Virus record (IMG/VR): IMGVR_UViG_3300032315_000384
Location: 1 to 48,757 of that record
From: a virus
Taxonomy: Duplodnaviria; Caudoviricetes
Length of the DNA stretch: 48,757 bases
Strand: one strand, 5' to 3'
Shown here: one piece after another, positions 16,959-25,297 of the stretch
Layout: every line of letters begins with the position of its first letter
How positions within the stretch are numbered: position 1 is the first letter of the stretch
Translations under genes and position numbers: made by a program
Notes under the pieces: model-generated
What the model saw: the letters and a program-made list of their open reading frames with translations, nothing else
Told to the model about the DNA's origin: nothing
The model's database searches: none

Positions 16959-17143
16959 AAAAATTTATCGTGCAGTATGCCCGCATTGAGCATTTTATTT
17001 ATTTGCTTGACATTGAAGCAGAAACCGAAGAGCAAGCCCGAGAGCTTGCCCGCTTGGAATTTACCGGCGACGAAGATTACAAAATCGTGCATGCCGAGGA
17101 ATTCGTTTTAAATGTTATGGAAGTCGAAGGGGCGCAAGCATGA
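16955..17143 (+). CDS. Early acidic protein
   Basis: Start MKKFIVQY at 16955 with AAGGA RBS; IEAETEEQARELA motif. Confidence 0.65.
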   Translation: MKKFIVQYARIEHFIYLLDIEAETEEQARELARLEFTGDEDYKIVHAEEFVLNVMEVEGAQA

Positions 17144-17316
17144 AAGCTTTCAAAATCCTAGTTATTTCCGCTGGTGCATCGCTCGCCGCTCTTCTATACG
17201 CCGCCGCACTGGTAGAGCATGGCTTGATCGGTCGCCTGTGGCTTGATCTTGTCATCATTACCAGCCTAGTGTTGGCCTCCGCCGCCCTCATTGTCGGGCT
17301 AATTATCGAAGACTAA
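17140..17316 (+). CDS. Small two-TM membrane protein, 58 aa (not in the ORF track)
   Basis: MKAFKILVISAGASLAALLYAAALVEHGLIGRLWLDLVIITSLVLASAALIVGLIIED; ATGA overlap. Confidence 0.6.
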   Translation: MKAFKILVISAGASLAALLYAAALVEHGLIGRLWLDLVIITSLVLASAALIVGLIIED

Positions 17317-17348
17317 AACTAATTTTCTCTCAACTCAAAAGGCAAAAA

Positions 17349-17618
17349 ATGAAAACTCAAAAATTAACTTTCCACTGCGACCCAGCCCATGGATGGCTTG
17401 AAGTACCCATAGCCGACCTTGAAGCGCTCGGCATTGCCGGATTGATCAGCGCTTACAGTTACGCCCAAGGGGATAAGGCTTATCTCGAAGAGGATTGCGA
17501 CGCCGACCTATACATCCACGGCGCAAAGGCCGCAGGCTGGACAATTCAAATTGTCGAAAAGTACACCGGCACCGATTCTCATATCCGGCGCATGGACTCA
17601 TTCAGGGTGATTGCATGA
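17349..17618 (+). CDS. Early phage protein
   Basis: DPAHGWL...SAYSY...AYLEEDCDA motif. Confidence 0.75.
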   Translation: MKTQKLTFHCDPAHGWLEVPIADLEALGIAGLISAYSYAQGDKAYLEEDCDADLYIHGAKAAGWTIQIVEKYTGTDSHIRRMDSFRVIA

Positions 17619-18283
17619 AATATCTATTTGTTCAATCATCGCAAAACCGCAAAACCGGACCAATCCCGCAAACCTACACCGCGCGGGAGTCCTGCCCGCC
17701 CAGCTGCGCCCACTACCGAACGACATGCTATGCCGAAGATTTTCATACCCGCATGGCATGGAAGCGCACCAGCTCGGACATTACCGGCCTTGTGGCCTCA
17801 ATTAGCCGGCTGCCAAAAGGCCAACTATGGCGCCACAATGTGGCCGGTGATTTGCCCGGCGCCGGTGAATCGGTCGACCCGGTCGAGCTGGGGCAAATTG
17901 TGGCAGCCAACCGGCACCGCAGGGGCTTTACCTATACCCACAAGCACAGCGCCGAGGCCATTTATTGGTCGAAGGCTGCTACCGCTTGGGGTTTCACTGT
18001 TAATCTAAGCGCCGACAATTTGCAGCATGCCGACACGCTCGCCGCCCATGGCTTGCCGGTGGTCGCATTGGTGCCAATCGATACGCCCAAGCACAGCAAA
18101 ACCCCCGAAGGCCGCTCGGTTTTGATTTGCCCAGCACAAACAACCGAATATATGACATGCGCTTTATGCGCCTTATGTCAGCGCCCCGACCGCAAGCAAA
18201 TTATCGGTTTTCGGGCGCATGGCAGCAAAGCAAAGCAGGCCGACCGACTCGCCCGCTTCATACCCATCACACTAACCCATTGA
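17615..18283 (+). CDS. Cys-rich early protein (gp88-like, possibly Fe-S/Zn binding)
   Basis: Start MKYLF at 17615; SCPPSC...CYA, WRHNVAGD, FTYTH, NLSAD, CPAQ...CALCALC...GFRAHG. Confidence 0.6.
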   Translation: MKYLFVQSSQNRKTGPIPQTYTARESCPPSCAHYRTTCYAEDFHTRMAWKRTSSDITGLVASISRLPKGQLWRHNVAGDLPGAGESVDPVELGQIVAANRHRRGFTYTHKHSAEAIYWSKAATAWGFTVNLSADNLQHADTLAAHGLPVVALVPIDTPKHSKTPEGRSVLICPAQTTEYMTCALCALCQRPDRKQIIGFRAHGSKAKQADRLARFIPITLTH

Positions 18284-18293
18284 AAGGAAAACC

Positions 18294-18557
18294 ATGCAAA
18301 CACGAATGATCGCTAAATACGCCGGAAAGGATGCCCGCACCGGCGCACCAATTCGAGCTGGTGACGAAATTATTTTTGACACTGTTACCCGCAAAGCTTG
18401 GCACACCGATGAAGACGACGACCGGCTGAGCTTTACCACGCCCATGCGCTCGGACTATGTGAGTCATGTTATTGATTTTGGCAGTGGTCGGCAGTACTAC
18501 AGAAACAAGGCCGGACGCTGTGAGGATGCCCCTTGTTGTGGCTGCTGCACCATCTAA
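18294..18557 (+). CDS. Early protein with C-terminal GRCEDAPCCGCC
   Basis: AAGGA RBS; Cys cluster. Confidence 0.75.
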   Translation: MQTRMIAKYAGKDARTGAPIRAGDEIIFDTVTRKAWHTDEDDDRLSFTTPMRSDYVSHVIDFGSGRQYYRNKAGRCEDAPCCGCCTI

Positions 18558-18578
18558 CTCCATGAATCAAAAACTTCT

Positions 18579-18601
18579 AGCGTGGCTTGCCACGCTTTTT
18601 T
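18579..18601 (+). terminator. Rho-independent terminator in the early operon
   Basis: AGCGTGG-CTTG-CCACGCT followed by a T run. Confidence 0.7.
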
Positions 18602-18644
18602 GGCTGGGCTTATCTTTTCTTTTTCTTTTTTTTGGAGGTTAATT

Positions 18645-18872
18645 ATGAAACACACAATGGTGTGGTTTGGCCATATGACTCATGGCACATTCAAGATTGG
18701 TGACGACGTAAATCCCATGGTCATCATCAATTCAATTGAAGAGAAGGCAATCATGAATCCCGATGATGTTGAAGAAATATTGGAAAGCGTGGGTTATGAC
18801 AGCTATCTAATCCTCGACCAGTTCGAGGGTGATATCGTTTTTTCTCAAGACTTTTTTAAGGGGCTGATATGA
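18645..18872 (+). CDS. Hypothetical acidic protein
   Basis: GGAGG RBS before ATG 18645. Confidence 0.65.
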   Translation: MKHTMVWFGHMTHGTFKIGDDVNPMVIINSIEEKAIMNPDDVEEILESVGYDSYLILDQFEGDIVFSQDFFKGLI

Positions 18873-19048
18873 CGCAGGCCGAAGCACTCACCCAAGCCCT
18901 GGTCTTGGCAATCGTCGCCCCTGATGATGAAAAATCACAGAAGGCGCTTAAGTTAGCTCAACAATTCTCAAAGGGTTTAAGCTCCGCCACTGTTGCCAAG
19001 TGCAAGGCCGAGGCCTTGTCGGTCATTGAGTCATGGAGTCGGGTATGA
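18869..19048 (+). CDS. Hypothetical protein, 59 aa (not in the ORF track)
   Basis: MTQAEALTQALVLAIVAPDDEKS...; ATGA overlaps at both ends. Confidence 0.6.
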   Translation: MTQAEALTQALVLAIVAPDDEKSQKALKLAQQFSKGLSSATVAKCKAEALSVIESWSRV

Positions 19049-19335
19049 ACCTAAGAGCGCACAATGGGCGGGTGCCGATCACCACCACCAACCCCGACAA
19101 CCCGATTAGACTGGTAGACTTCCCCAGCAAGGAAATTTTTACCAGCCTGTTTGGCAGTCGGGTAACAGCCGAAAATTTGGAGCGGTACTATTTGGTCATG
19201 CAGAATCGTTTGGGTGGCTCAACACTCAGGCAGCTAGCAAATACCACCGGCCTAAGTGTCGAGCGCATCCGACAGATTGAGGCTAAATTCCTACGAGCTC
19301 TGTCTAGGTATTACGAGCGAACAGAGCGGCCTTGA
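19045..19335 (+). CDS. sigma70 region-4-like HTH protein
   Basis: TLRQLANTTGLSVERIRQIEAKFLRAL. Confidence 0.7.
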   Translation: MNLRAHNGRVPITTTNPDNPIRLVDFPSKEIFTSLFGSRVTAENLERYYLVMQNRLGGSTLRQLANTTGLSVERIRQIEAKFLRALSRYYERTERP

Positions 19336-20125
19336 GCGATGATGTAGCTTTGAAAAGACCCACACGCATATGATAGTCGTTGAAATCCTCTCCCGTTGTG
19401 TCGGAAATCCAATAAGGTTTCTTTGTGTTCCGAGCAGCGACTTCCCCGACGGCGTGTGGGTCTTTGTCAGCCACGACAAAACCCCCCTCAATGCCCAGCG
19501 CTACCTCTTGCATGTTGCTTGCGCTGAAACAAATATAGATTTTGTACCGCACCTTCATGGCCTTCATGGCCGCGCGGATACTGAGCCCAGTTGCGAATCC
19601 CTCGCAGAAGATGGGAACTCCCCCTGCATCAATCACAAAAGCTGCCCCTTTCGTCTGCTGACCTTGGAGGAACTTCTTTCCCCCTTGTTCATCGATGAGC
19701 TGGACGCCGATCAATCTGTTGCCCATTCGCATGGGTATCACTAGCAAATTGTCCTCATTGGTCGCCCACACATTACCGGCCTCTTGTGGGAATCCCTTGG
19801 CTTTTAGGTAGGGATGGTAGTCAACCTTGCACTGGTGCAAGATCCAGCCCGCCTTGCTGATAGCTTTCTGCGCTGCTTCCTGCCGCTGCCGCTGGTCATT
19901 CTGTTGGGCAATACGTATGCTGGTAGTAGACACCCCGCCCTCGCTTTTCCACATGTCCGGTGCCGTCATGGTCGCCCAGTTTTGCACCCAGCCAATATCC
20001 CCCAGCCACTTATAGCGGCCATTGCGTTTGTGCGGATGGTCTTCGGTCGGCACGGCAACCCACCGGTCGGGGATAACACTGTTAATAAGCAGGCCACGCT
20101 CTCTTGCAAAGTCTTCAAACCTCAT
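19304..20125 (-). CDS. TOPRIM-domain primase
   Basis: HPYLKAKG, LVIPM, FCEGFATGLS, VADKD, GEDFND. Confidence 0.85.
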   Translation of the reverse strand: MRFEDFARERGLLINSVIPDRWVAVPTEDHPHKRNGRYKWLGDIGWVQNWATMTAPDMWKSEGGVSTTSIRIAQQNDQRQRQEAAQKAISKAGWILHQCKVDYHPYLKAKGFPQEAGNVWATNEDNLLVIPMRMGNRLIGVQLIDEQGGKKFLQGQQTKGAAFVIDAGGVPIFCEGFATGLSIRAAMKAMKVRYKIYICFSASNMQEVALGIEGGFVVADKDPHAVGEVAARNTKKPYWISDTTGEDFNDYHMRVGLFKATSSLKAALFARNT

Positions 20126-21618
20126 AACAATGGCCTTTGTGCGCGATTTTGGGTCCTGGACCAGGCTATGTTCTTGGATCGAATCCAGCGAGCCGTTTTC
20201 TCTGTAACAGGCGCAGGGATTTCATGTAAATTCTTCGGCCACACCCCAAACTTCTCCTTGTATTTATGTTTTGCCCAGCCCGACTGGTAATTTTTCTCTT
20301 TAGCAAAGTGCAGCAACTCACTGTAAAAGGTTTGGCGGTCATCGGTAGAGGACTTCTTACCGCCAACCAGCTCCTCCAATATGCCGCTCACACTCTCCAC
20401 CTGATTGCGCCGCTCCCTGACATGGCCGCAGGACGGACAAGTATCCATACCCTTAGGCCACAGATGGCCGCAGCTGGGACACTTGGACGCCGTCTTTTCC
20501 TCAGGGGTTAGCTCTTTCTTGGCCTTCTCCACTGTCTTATCTAGCTCTTCTACGCCGTCAACATACAGGTTATCCCAGTCCTCCCGAAACCGCAGGTAGT
20601 TGCCCGAATGATCCAGCCACAGCGCAAACTCTTTGCCGTTATGGGAACGCATCACCCGCCCCATCTGCTGCACATGGCTGGACAATGACTTAGAGAATGG
20701 CCGCGCGCTTACCCCGATCATCACATCCGATACATCAAACCCCCTCGTCAGAATGTCGGTAGCTATCAGGCCATGTATCGTTGTGTCGGGCTTGGCAAAT
20801 TCTTCTATGGCCTCCCGCTTAAATTCGTCATCATCCTTGTAGCTGATCGACACAAAGTTATAGCCCCGCTCTGCAAACTGCTGGACTAAGTCGGCGCCAT
20901 GAGCCACGCCCGCACAAAAGACAATCGTCTTGCGAGGACCACCAAAAACCTCGTGGGTTTTCGTGATCCACTCTGAAACAATGTCGCCTGTGATCTGCAT
21001 GCCCCGCTTGGTAGCCATTTCCTGACTCCACTCGCCAGCCACCTTTTTCACGCCCGACATGTCGATTTCTTTGGCGATGTACACCCTGAGAGGGGTCAGC
21101 CATTTGTTATCGACTAGCCAGCCGTTGGTAGCCCCGCACACCACGTTCTCATAGATGCTGCCCAATCCCTTGGTAAAGGGCGTGGCGGTCAATCCAATCA
21201 CTTTGGTATCGGGGTTGGCTTTGATGTACTCGGTTGTTTGTTTACGACTGATATGGCACTCATCAACAATCAACAAGTCCACCTTGGGGAAGTCATCTCG
21301 GGCTTCCAAGGTCTGCGCCGAACAGACTTGGAGCTTTTTGCTGCGGTCAAACTTCCAGTGGTCAGCCTGGTACACGCCATGATCGAGCCCGTACTTGGAT
21401 AGCCGCAGGGAGGTTTGATCCACCAAGACCAGCCGGTCGAGCAAGATTGCCGCCCTCTTGAACTTATCTGCCGTGGCCTGCATCAAAGCGATGGCCACCT
21501 CAGTCTTACCAAATCCAGTCGGGGCATACAGCAATTGCGATCTGTATCCCTGCTTAAAACCCTCTCGCAATGCATCAATCACAGCGGACTGATGCTCTCT
21601 CAAATTCAACTGCATCAA
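20122..21618 (-). CDS. Superfamily 2 DNA helicase (RadD-like) with Zn finger
   Basis: APTGFGKT, DECH, GLTATP, QQMGRVMR, CPSC..CPSC. Confidence 0.9.
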   Translation of the reverse strand: MMQLNLREHQSAVIDALREGFKQGYRSQLLYAPTGFGKTEVAIALMQATADKFKRAAILLDRLVLVDQTSLRLSKYGLDHGVYQADHWKFDRSKKLQVCSAQTLEARDDFPKVDLLIVDECHISRKQTTEYIKANPDTKVIGLTATPFTKGLGSIYENVVCGATNGWLVDNKWLTPLRVYIAKEIDMSGVKKVAGEWSQEMATKRGMQITGDIVSEWITKTHEVFGGPRKTIVFCAGVAHGADLVQQFAERGYNFVSISYKDDDEFKREAIEEFAKPDTTIHGLIATDILTRGFDVSDVMIGVSARPFSKSLSSHVQQMGRVMRSHNGKEFALWLDHSGNYLRFREDWDNLYVDGVEELDKTVEKAKKELTPEEKTASKCPSCGHLWPKGMDTCPSCGHVRERRNQVESVSGILEELVGGKKSSTDDRQTFYSELLHFAKEKNYQSGWAKHKYKEKFGVWPKNLHEIPAPVTEKTARWIRSKNIAWSRTQNRAQRPLL

Positions 21619-21660
21619 GATCTCCTGAACTACCGGAATCCCTCCGGCGTGGGGTTGGGT

Positions 21661-22485
21661 TTATTGACCCAGTTTTTTCAGCTTAGATTGCAGGCTTTTA
21701 ACTGTCCGCATCAGCTCTGCATTGCGGTTTTGAAACATGTCACGACTCTCACGCAGCGTCTTGACCTCAATCTCCAACACTCTGATCTCTTCCCGCAAGG
21801 TTGTGATTGTCTCTTGGGCATCCTCTTTTTCTATGTCAGTCGCATCCCACGCACCGATAGCGATGGCATCTTTGAGCTTGCGATTCTCTTCAGCCAAGTC
21901 ATTGATTGTGTCGGCCAGCTCCGCAGCCTTACTGTCTACCTCGGGCTCGGTTTCTTCTGCTGGTTTAGCTGGGCGGCCAATTTTTGCCGTCTTCATGGTC
22001 TTCTCTTGCCCATGCTTGTTGACATACTTCTTTTCTGTTGACTCTTCCGGCTCGGACATAGCCGCCTTGACCCTGCCTACAGTCATCTTGGACGTGCCCA
22101 CGTGCTTGGCGATGGCCGCATTAGACCAACCACCCCAGACCGGATGCTCAAGCATGCGAACAATACAGTGCCGAATGTCTGTGGCCGACATGTGCAAGCC
22201 GTGCCCCTTGTTGGCGGCGAATGCAAATAACTGGGCGTCTTCCAATGTGCCGTTGTGCACAGTAACTGCAATCGCAGTTTTCTTGTTGGCTTTGGTGGCA
22301 AAGTATCTGTGAAAGCCGTCTGCCAACCAGTAATCACTGCCGTCAAAGAATGCATCAATCGGGCGGAACTCTTCGCCATCCTCCATCAAGGCGGCGTATT
22401 CCTGAACCTTTTCCTGCGACAAGGCCAAGCGGGCTTGCGTGTCTCCATCGAGGCGTAACACCGCCAAATTTAAAGTTTTTATCAT
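21661..22485 (-). CDS. ParB-like N-domain + HTH + coiled-coil protein
   Basis: YWLADGFHR; WSNAAIAKHVGTSKMTVGRV; start at 22485 has a GGAG RBS. Confidence 0.75.
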   Translation of the reverse strand: MIKTLNLAVLRLDGDTQARLALSQEKVQEYAALMEDGEEFRPIDAFFDGSDYWLADGFHRYFATKANKKTAIAVTVHNGTLEDAQLFAFAANKGHGLHMSATDIRHCIVRMLEHPVWGGWSNAAIAKHVGTSKMTVGRVKAAMSEPEESTEKKYVNKHGQEKTMKTAKIGRPAKPAEETEPEVDSKAAELADTINDLAEENRKLKDAIAIGAWDATDIEKEDAQETITTLREEIRVLEIEVKTLRESRDMFQNRNAELMRTVKSLQSKLKKLGQ

Positions 22486-22569
22486 CTGTCTAACTCCGTT
22501 GTTAAAAATAACCAATATAACACATGATTCCCAGCGAATGCACCTGTTATATCGGCGCCTTGAAGGTCC

Positions 22570-22930
22570 CCAAGGGGTGGATAACCACCCACGACCCAGA
22601 CTAGGCAAAAGGCCCGGCCCCAGTCCCCCGGAGGCAACGATTCATTCATCGGCGGGCTTGGTAACTCCACCCTTGTCCCACCGACTACACCAGTCCCTCG
22701 TTGACAGGCTGGTACGGCACAAACCGGGGTGTCTAGTTTGCCGTGTCTTTTCTCCCGAGCCACCGATTCAGGTGCGCTGCTAACGTGCGGGGTACGGTTG
22801 CTATAAGATGAAACGAAAAAGCCGCTTACAACTGCGTTTGGTAGGAACCTTATCTAATGACTCTTGGACTCATTAGGAAAGGCAAACGCATGTGTAAACG
22901 GCCTGTATCTTCGTTACTTCCTACAGCAAC
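22570..22930 (-). ncRNA. Long structured leader/ncRNA upstream of the replication operon
   Basis: Series of hairpins; terminator-like long stem 22821-22902 with U tract; 7-nt loop-bulge complementarity. Confidence 0.5.
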
Positions 22931-22936
22931 GGGGAA

Positions 22937-22967
22937 ATTATAAACACAGTCAGTCTGTGGTTGTCAA
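22937..22967 (-). promoter_or_regulatory. Putative sigma70 promoter for the replication leader
   Basis: TTGACA and TATAAT are both perfect but the spacer is 19 bp; inverted repeat CACAG/CTGTG in the spacer. Confidence 0.5.
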
Positions 22968-23212
22968 CTGCTTTTGAAAAAATTTGTTGTCATCTCAAAC
23001 CCATCATCTTTCCATACAAAAACAATTCCGTTTTTCTTAAACGTAGCAAGAAGAGTGAGCACTGTTGCCATGGTGGGATTGTTGGATGTTTCCGTTCTGG
23101 CAATCGTAGGCACAGATACTCCAGACTTTTCTGAAAGTTCTTTCTGTGTCCAGCCCAATGCATTACGGCCAGCTCTGAGGGCGGGGGCTAAGGTTTCTGT
23201 TTGAAATATCAT
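22964..23212 (-). CDS. XRE-family HTH regulator
   Basis: LRAGRNALGWTQKELSEKSGVSVPTIARTE. Confidence 0.8.
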   Translation of the reverse strand: MIFQTETLAPALRAGRNALGWTQKELSEKSGVSVPTIARTETSNNPTMATVLTLLATFKKNGIVFVWKDDGFEMTTNFFKSS

Positions 23213-23239
23213 AAGAAATGGGACTAGTCCTATTTTTTG

Positions 23240-23263
23240 TCACTATAACAGCTGTTACAGTGA
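23240..23263. promoter_or_regulatory. 24-bp palindrome, putative operator (copy 2)
   Basis: TCACTATAACAGCTGTTACAGTGA, one mismatch to copy 1. Confidence 0.7.
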
Positions 23264-23524
23264 GATTTTGGCAAGCTCTGCGATTGTGTCGTTCAGAACA
23301 GAGAGCTCTGTCTTCTTCAGCACGTGCCACATAGCCCTGCGGCCATGGATGCCATTGTGAGAACCCTGATGGCAGTCTTTGCATAAGGGAATGCACAAGA
23401 AGTGCAATCCTTGCTCGATGTGGTGCGCATCACTTGGGCCGGCTGCGCCGCATACCCCACAGGGCATAGACTTAACCTTTAAGAAGTGCTCTTTGTCTTG
23501 GCTTGTTAAATTCTTGCTATGCAT
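23255..23524 (-). CDS. Small HNH-like Zn-binding protein (DUF968/Ref-like)
   Basis: PCGVCG...DAHHI...IPLCKDCHQG..GIHG; start MHSKN at 23524. Confidence 0.7.
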   Translation of the reverse strand: MHSKNLTSQDKEHFLKVKSMPCGVCGAAGPSDAHHIEQGLHFLCIPLCKDCHQGSHNGIHGRRAMWHVLKKTELSVLNDTIAELAKISL

Positions 23525-23885
23525 TGTTTGCCTTTTGCGGAACGGCACTAACGGCGGCCTCCGCCTTTCTGTCGGATCTTCTATTGTTGACATTTTCTAA
23601 TTGGCTAACCGCATTATTAATCGCTTGGTTGCTAATCCTAATAATTAGATTGTCATAGTCTTGCATGTCCAACTCTATGCCGCAAGTTTTAAACAAGTAA
23701 ACCGCCCCCAAAAGAAATTGAGCACTAGCTTTGGTTTCAAGTGTTTCCATGCGGGCAACCGTTGTTTTGGCCACGCCCATCAAATCGGCAAACTCTTGTT
23801 GATTAAGCCCGGCAGCAGCCCGCGCCGCCCGAATGGCAACAACAACCTTACCATCAAGGTCCGCCTGTAATTCATCTTGCGTCAT
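23517..23885 (-). CDS. XRE-family HTH regulator
   Basis: IRAARAAAGLNQQEFADLMGVAKTTVARME; GGAG RBS before ATG 23885. Confidence 0.8.
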   Translation of the reverse strand: MTQDELQADLDGKVVVAIRAARAAAGLNQQEFADLMGVAKTTVARMETLETKASAQFLLGAVYLFKTCGIELDMQDYDNLIIRISNQAINNAVSQLENVNNRRSDRKAEAAVSAVPQKANNA

Positions 23886-24042
23886 TTGTTTTCTCCATGT
23901 TATTGGTGCGCTCAATGTGACCTTTGAGCATGACCAGGATCTCAGCCGTAGTCAGGTGGGGATGGCGCTCGAGCTCCGCCAGCACGTAAGCGTAGCCGGC
24001 ATTGAACCCCTCGATGTATTCACTCATGATAGTTTCGCTCAT
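23872..24042 (-). CDS. Hypothetical protein, 56 aa (not in the ORF track)
   Basis: MSETIMSEYIEGFNAGY...; AAGGAG RBS. Confidence 0.55.
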   Translation of the reverse strand: MSETIMSEYIEGFNAGYAYVLAELERHPHLTTAEILVMLKGHIERTNNMEKTNDAR

Positions 24043-24206
24043 CCGTTTTTCTCCTTAAGTTCTGTAAGTTTTTCATCTGCGCTTTTCATTACGGCATCAA
24101 ATAATGCAGAATCTTTTTCTTTAAGCTTTCCCATGAACAATTGCAGCCATGTCTCATCCGCCGGCAAACTACGCATCAACTCAACTATTTCTTTTCGTGT
24201 GGTCAT
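24039..24206 (-). CDS. Hypothetical protein, 55 aa, ending LKEKNG (not in the ORF track)
   Basis: ATGA overlaps; AAGGAG RBS. Confidence 0.55.
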   Translation of the reverse strand: MTTRKEIVELMRSLPADETWLQLFMGKLKEKDSALFDAVMKSADEKLTELKEKNG

Positions 24207-24538
24207 GTGTTCTTCTCCTTGAGTTTGGCTTCTATATCTCTCACCATTTCAAAGATGGTTGAGCGCCCAGCCCCCGTCTGAAAATCTTCCCAATCCCAGT
24301 AGAGTTCTACCTCCTCATCCGTCAGCCCAACCCATGATTTTTCACCCATGAAGTGATGCCAACTTTGTGGGTTTGGGATCATTGCGTTCCTGGTAGAAAG
24401 CAACTCACTTATCCAATAAGAAAGTGCTTCAAGTTTCTCGTCCCTGCTTAGCCCTTCGTAGTCTTCGCCTAACTCAATATCACCTTGATTCCATCTGGGC
24501 GTATATATCAGTTTGCCAATTTGTTTGCGGCGCTTCAT
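24203..24538 (-). CDS. WVGLTD...LKEKNT family protein
   Basis: ORF track; motifs shared with neighbours. Confidence 0.7.
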   Translation of the reverse strand: MKRRKQIGKLIYTPRWNQGDIELGEDYEGLSRDEKLEALSYWISELLSTRNAMIPNPQSWHHFMGEKSWVGLTDEEVELYWDWEDFQTGAGRSTIFEMVRDIEAKLKEKNT

Positions 24539-24558
24539 GTGTTCTTCTCCTTGAGTTT
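24203..24558. repeat. 24-bp direct repeat at gene junctions
   Basis: TCATGTGTTCTTCTCCTTGAGTTT at 24203-24226 and 24535-24558. Confidence 0.85.
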
Positions 24559-24810
24559 TTTAGAGATTAGGCTTGCAAACTGCTTCAAACTTATTCCATC
24601 ACCCTCCATGCCCTCTCCAAGCGGCAGGTCATAGAATTTTTTATCAACGTCGTCATAAACACGTTTGATCCAAGTGATTATTCCGGCATCAATAGCAAGC
24701 TGGTCAACCTCTCCATCCGTCAGGCCAACCCATTCCTTATCGCCGCACCAATTACATTCTTTTTCAAATTGAATCAATGAGTTCTCGGCAGAGCAAAAGT
24801 GTTGTTTCAT
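24535..24810 (-). CDS. WVGLTD...LKEKNT family protein
   Basis: ORF track; shared motifs. Confidence 0.7.
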   Translation of the reverse strand: MKQHFCSAENSLIQFEKECNWCGDKEWVGLTDGEVDQLAIDAGIITWIKRVYDDVDKKFYDLPLGEGMEGDGISLKQFASLISKKLKEKNT

Positions 24811-25088
24811 GTCTTCTCCTTCAAATAAAACTCCATTGCAATACGGTATGGGTTAAGCATTGGAAGCAAGCGACTGGGTGGGTAGTTTGGGTCATCAGAG
24901 TAGTAATAGTATTTTGGCTTGCTCTCATCTACGCTGGTAACAACTGTCCCATCAACAACGTGGTGATACCTTGTTTCATCAACCCGAATGGCGTAGCCCT
25001 CTGCCCTTGCCACAGCCAACTTCAACTCAATACCTCCAATAGGAACATAGTTCTTGATGGTGTCGTCTTTTTTGATTAACTCAGTCAT
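24807..25088 (-). CDS. Hypothetical protein ending LKEKT
   Basis: ORF track; ATGA overlaps. Confidence 0.6.
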   Translation of the reverse strand: MTELIKKDDTIKNYVPIGGIELKLAVARAEGYAIRVDETRYHHVVDGTVVTSVDESKPKYYYYSDDPNYPPSRLLPMLNPYRIAMEFYLKEKT

Positions 25089-25297
25089 GCTTCCATCGCT
25101 TTCACCCCTTTATGTTTTGAGTCTGCGTCCTTGTCTGACAAATACCTCTCACTCCTTGTCCATGCAAGGTGGGCATAAATCAATGACCAAGGTAAGGACC
25201 TGCCGCTAAGACACCATACCCACTGCTTGTCCTTACCCAAACGCCACAGTAAGAACCCTCGCGGGTCTCTGTTGTCGGGCTCAAGTAGCCAAATCAT
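25085..25297 (-). CDS. Hypothetical Trp-rich protein
   Basis: GGAGG RBS before ATG 25297. Confidence 0.55.
   Translation of the reverse strand: MIWLLEPDNRDPRGFLLWRLGKDKQWVWCLSGRSLPWSLIYAHLAWTRSERYLSDKDADSKHKGVKAMEA

Noticed and set aside
22482-22763. 93-aa ORF and the 5' extension of the ParB-like ORF to 22608
   Set aside because: No convincing RBS or protein-like features; the region is better explained as structured non-coding sequence, and ATG 22485 has a good RBS.
24203-24830. Direct repeats as a CRISPR array or att sites
   Set aside because: Only two exact copies 332 bp apart, both inside coding junctions; no regular spacers, cas operon or integrase.
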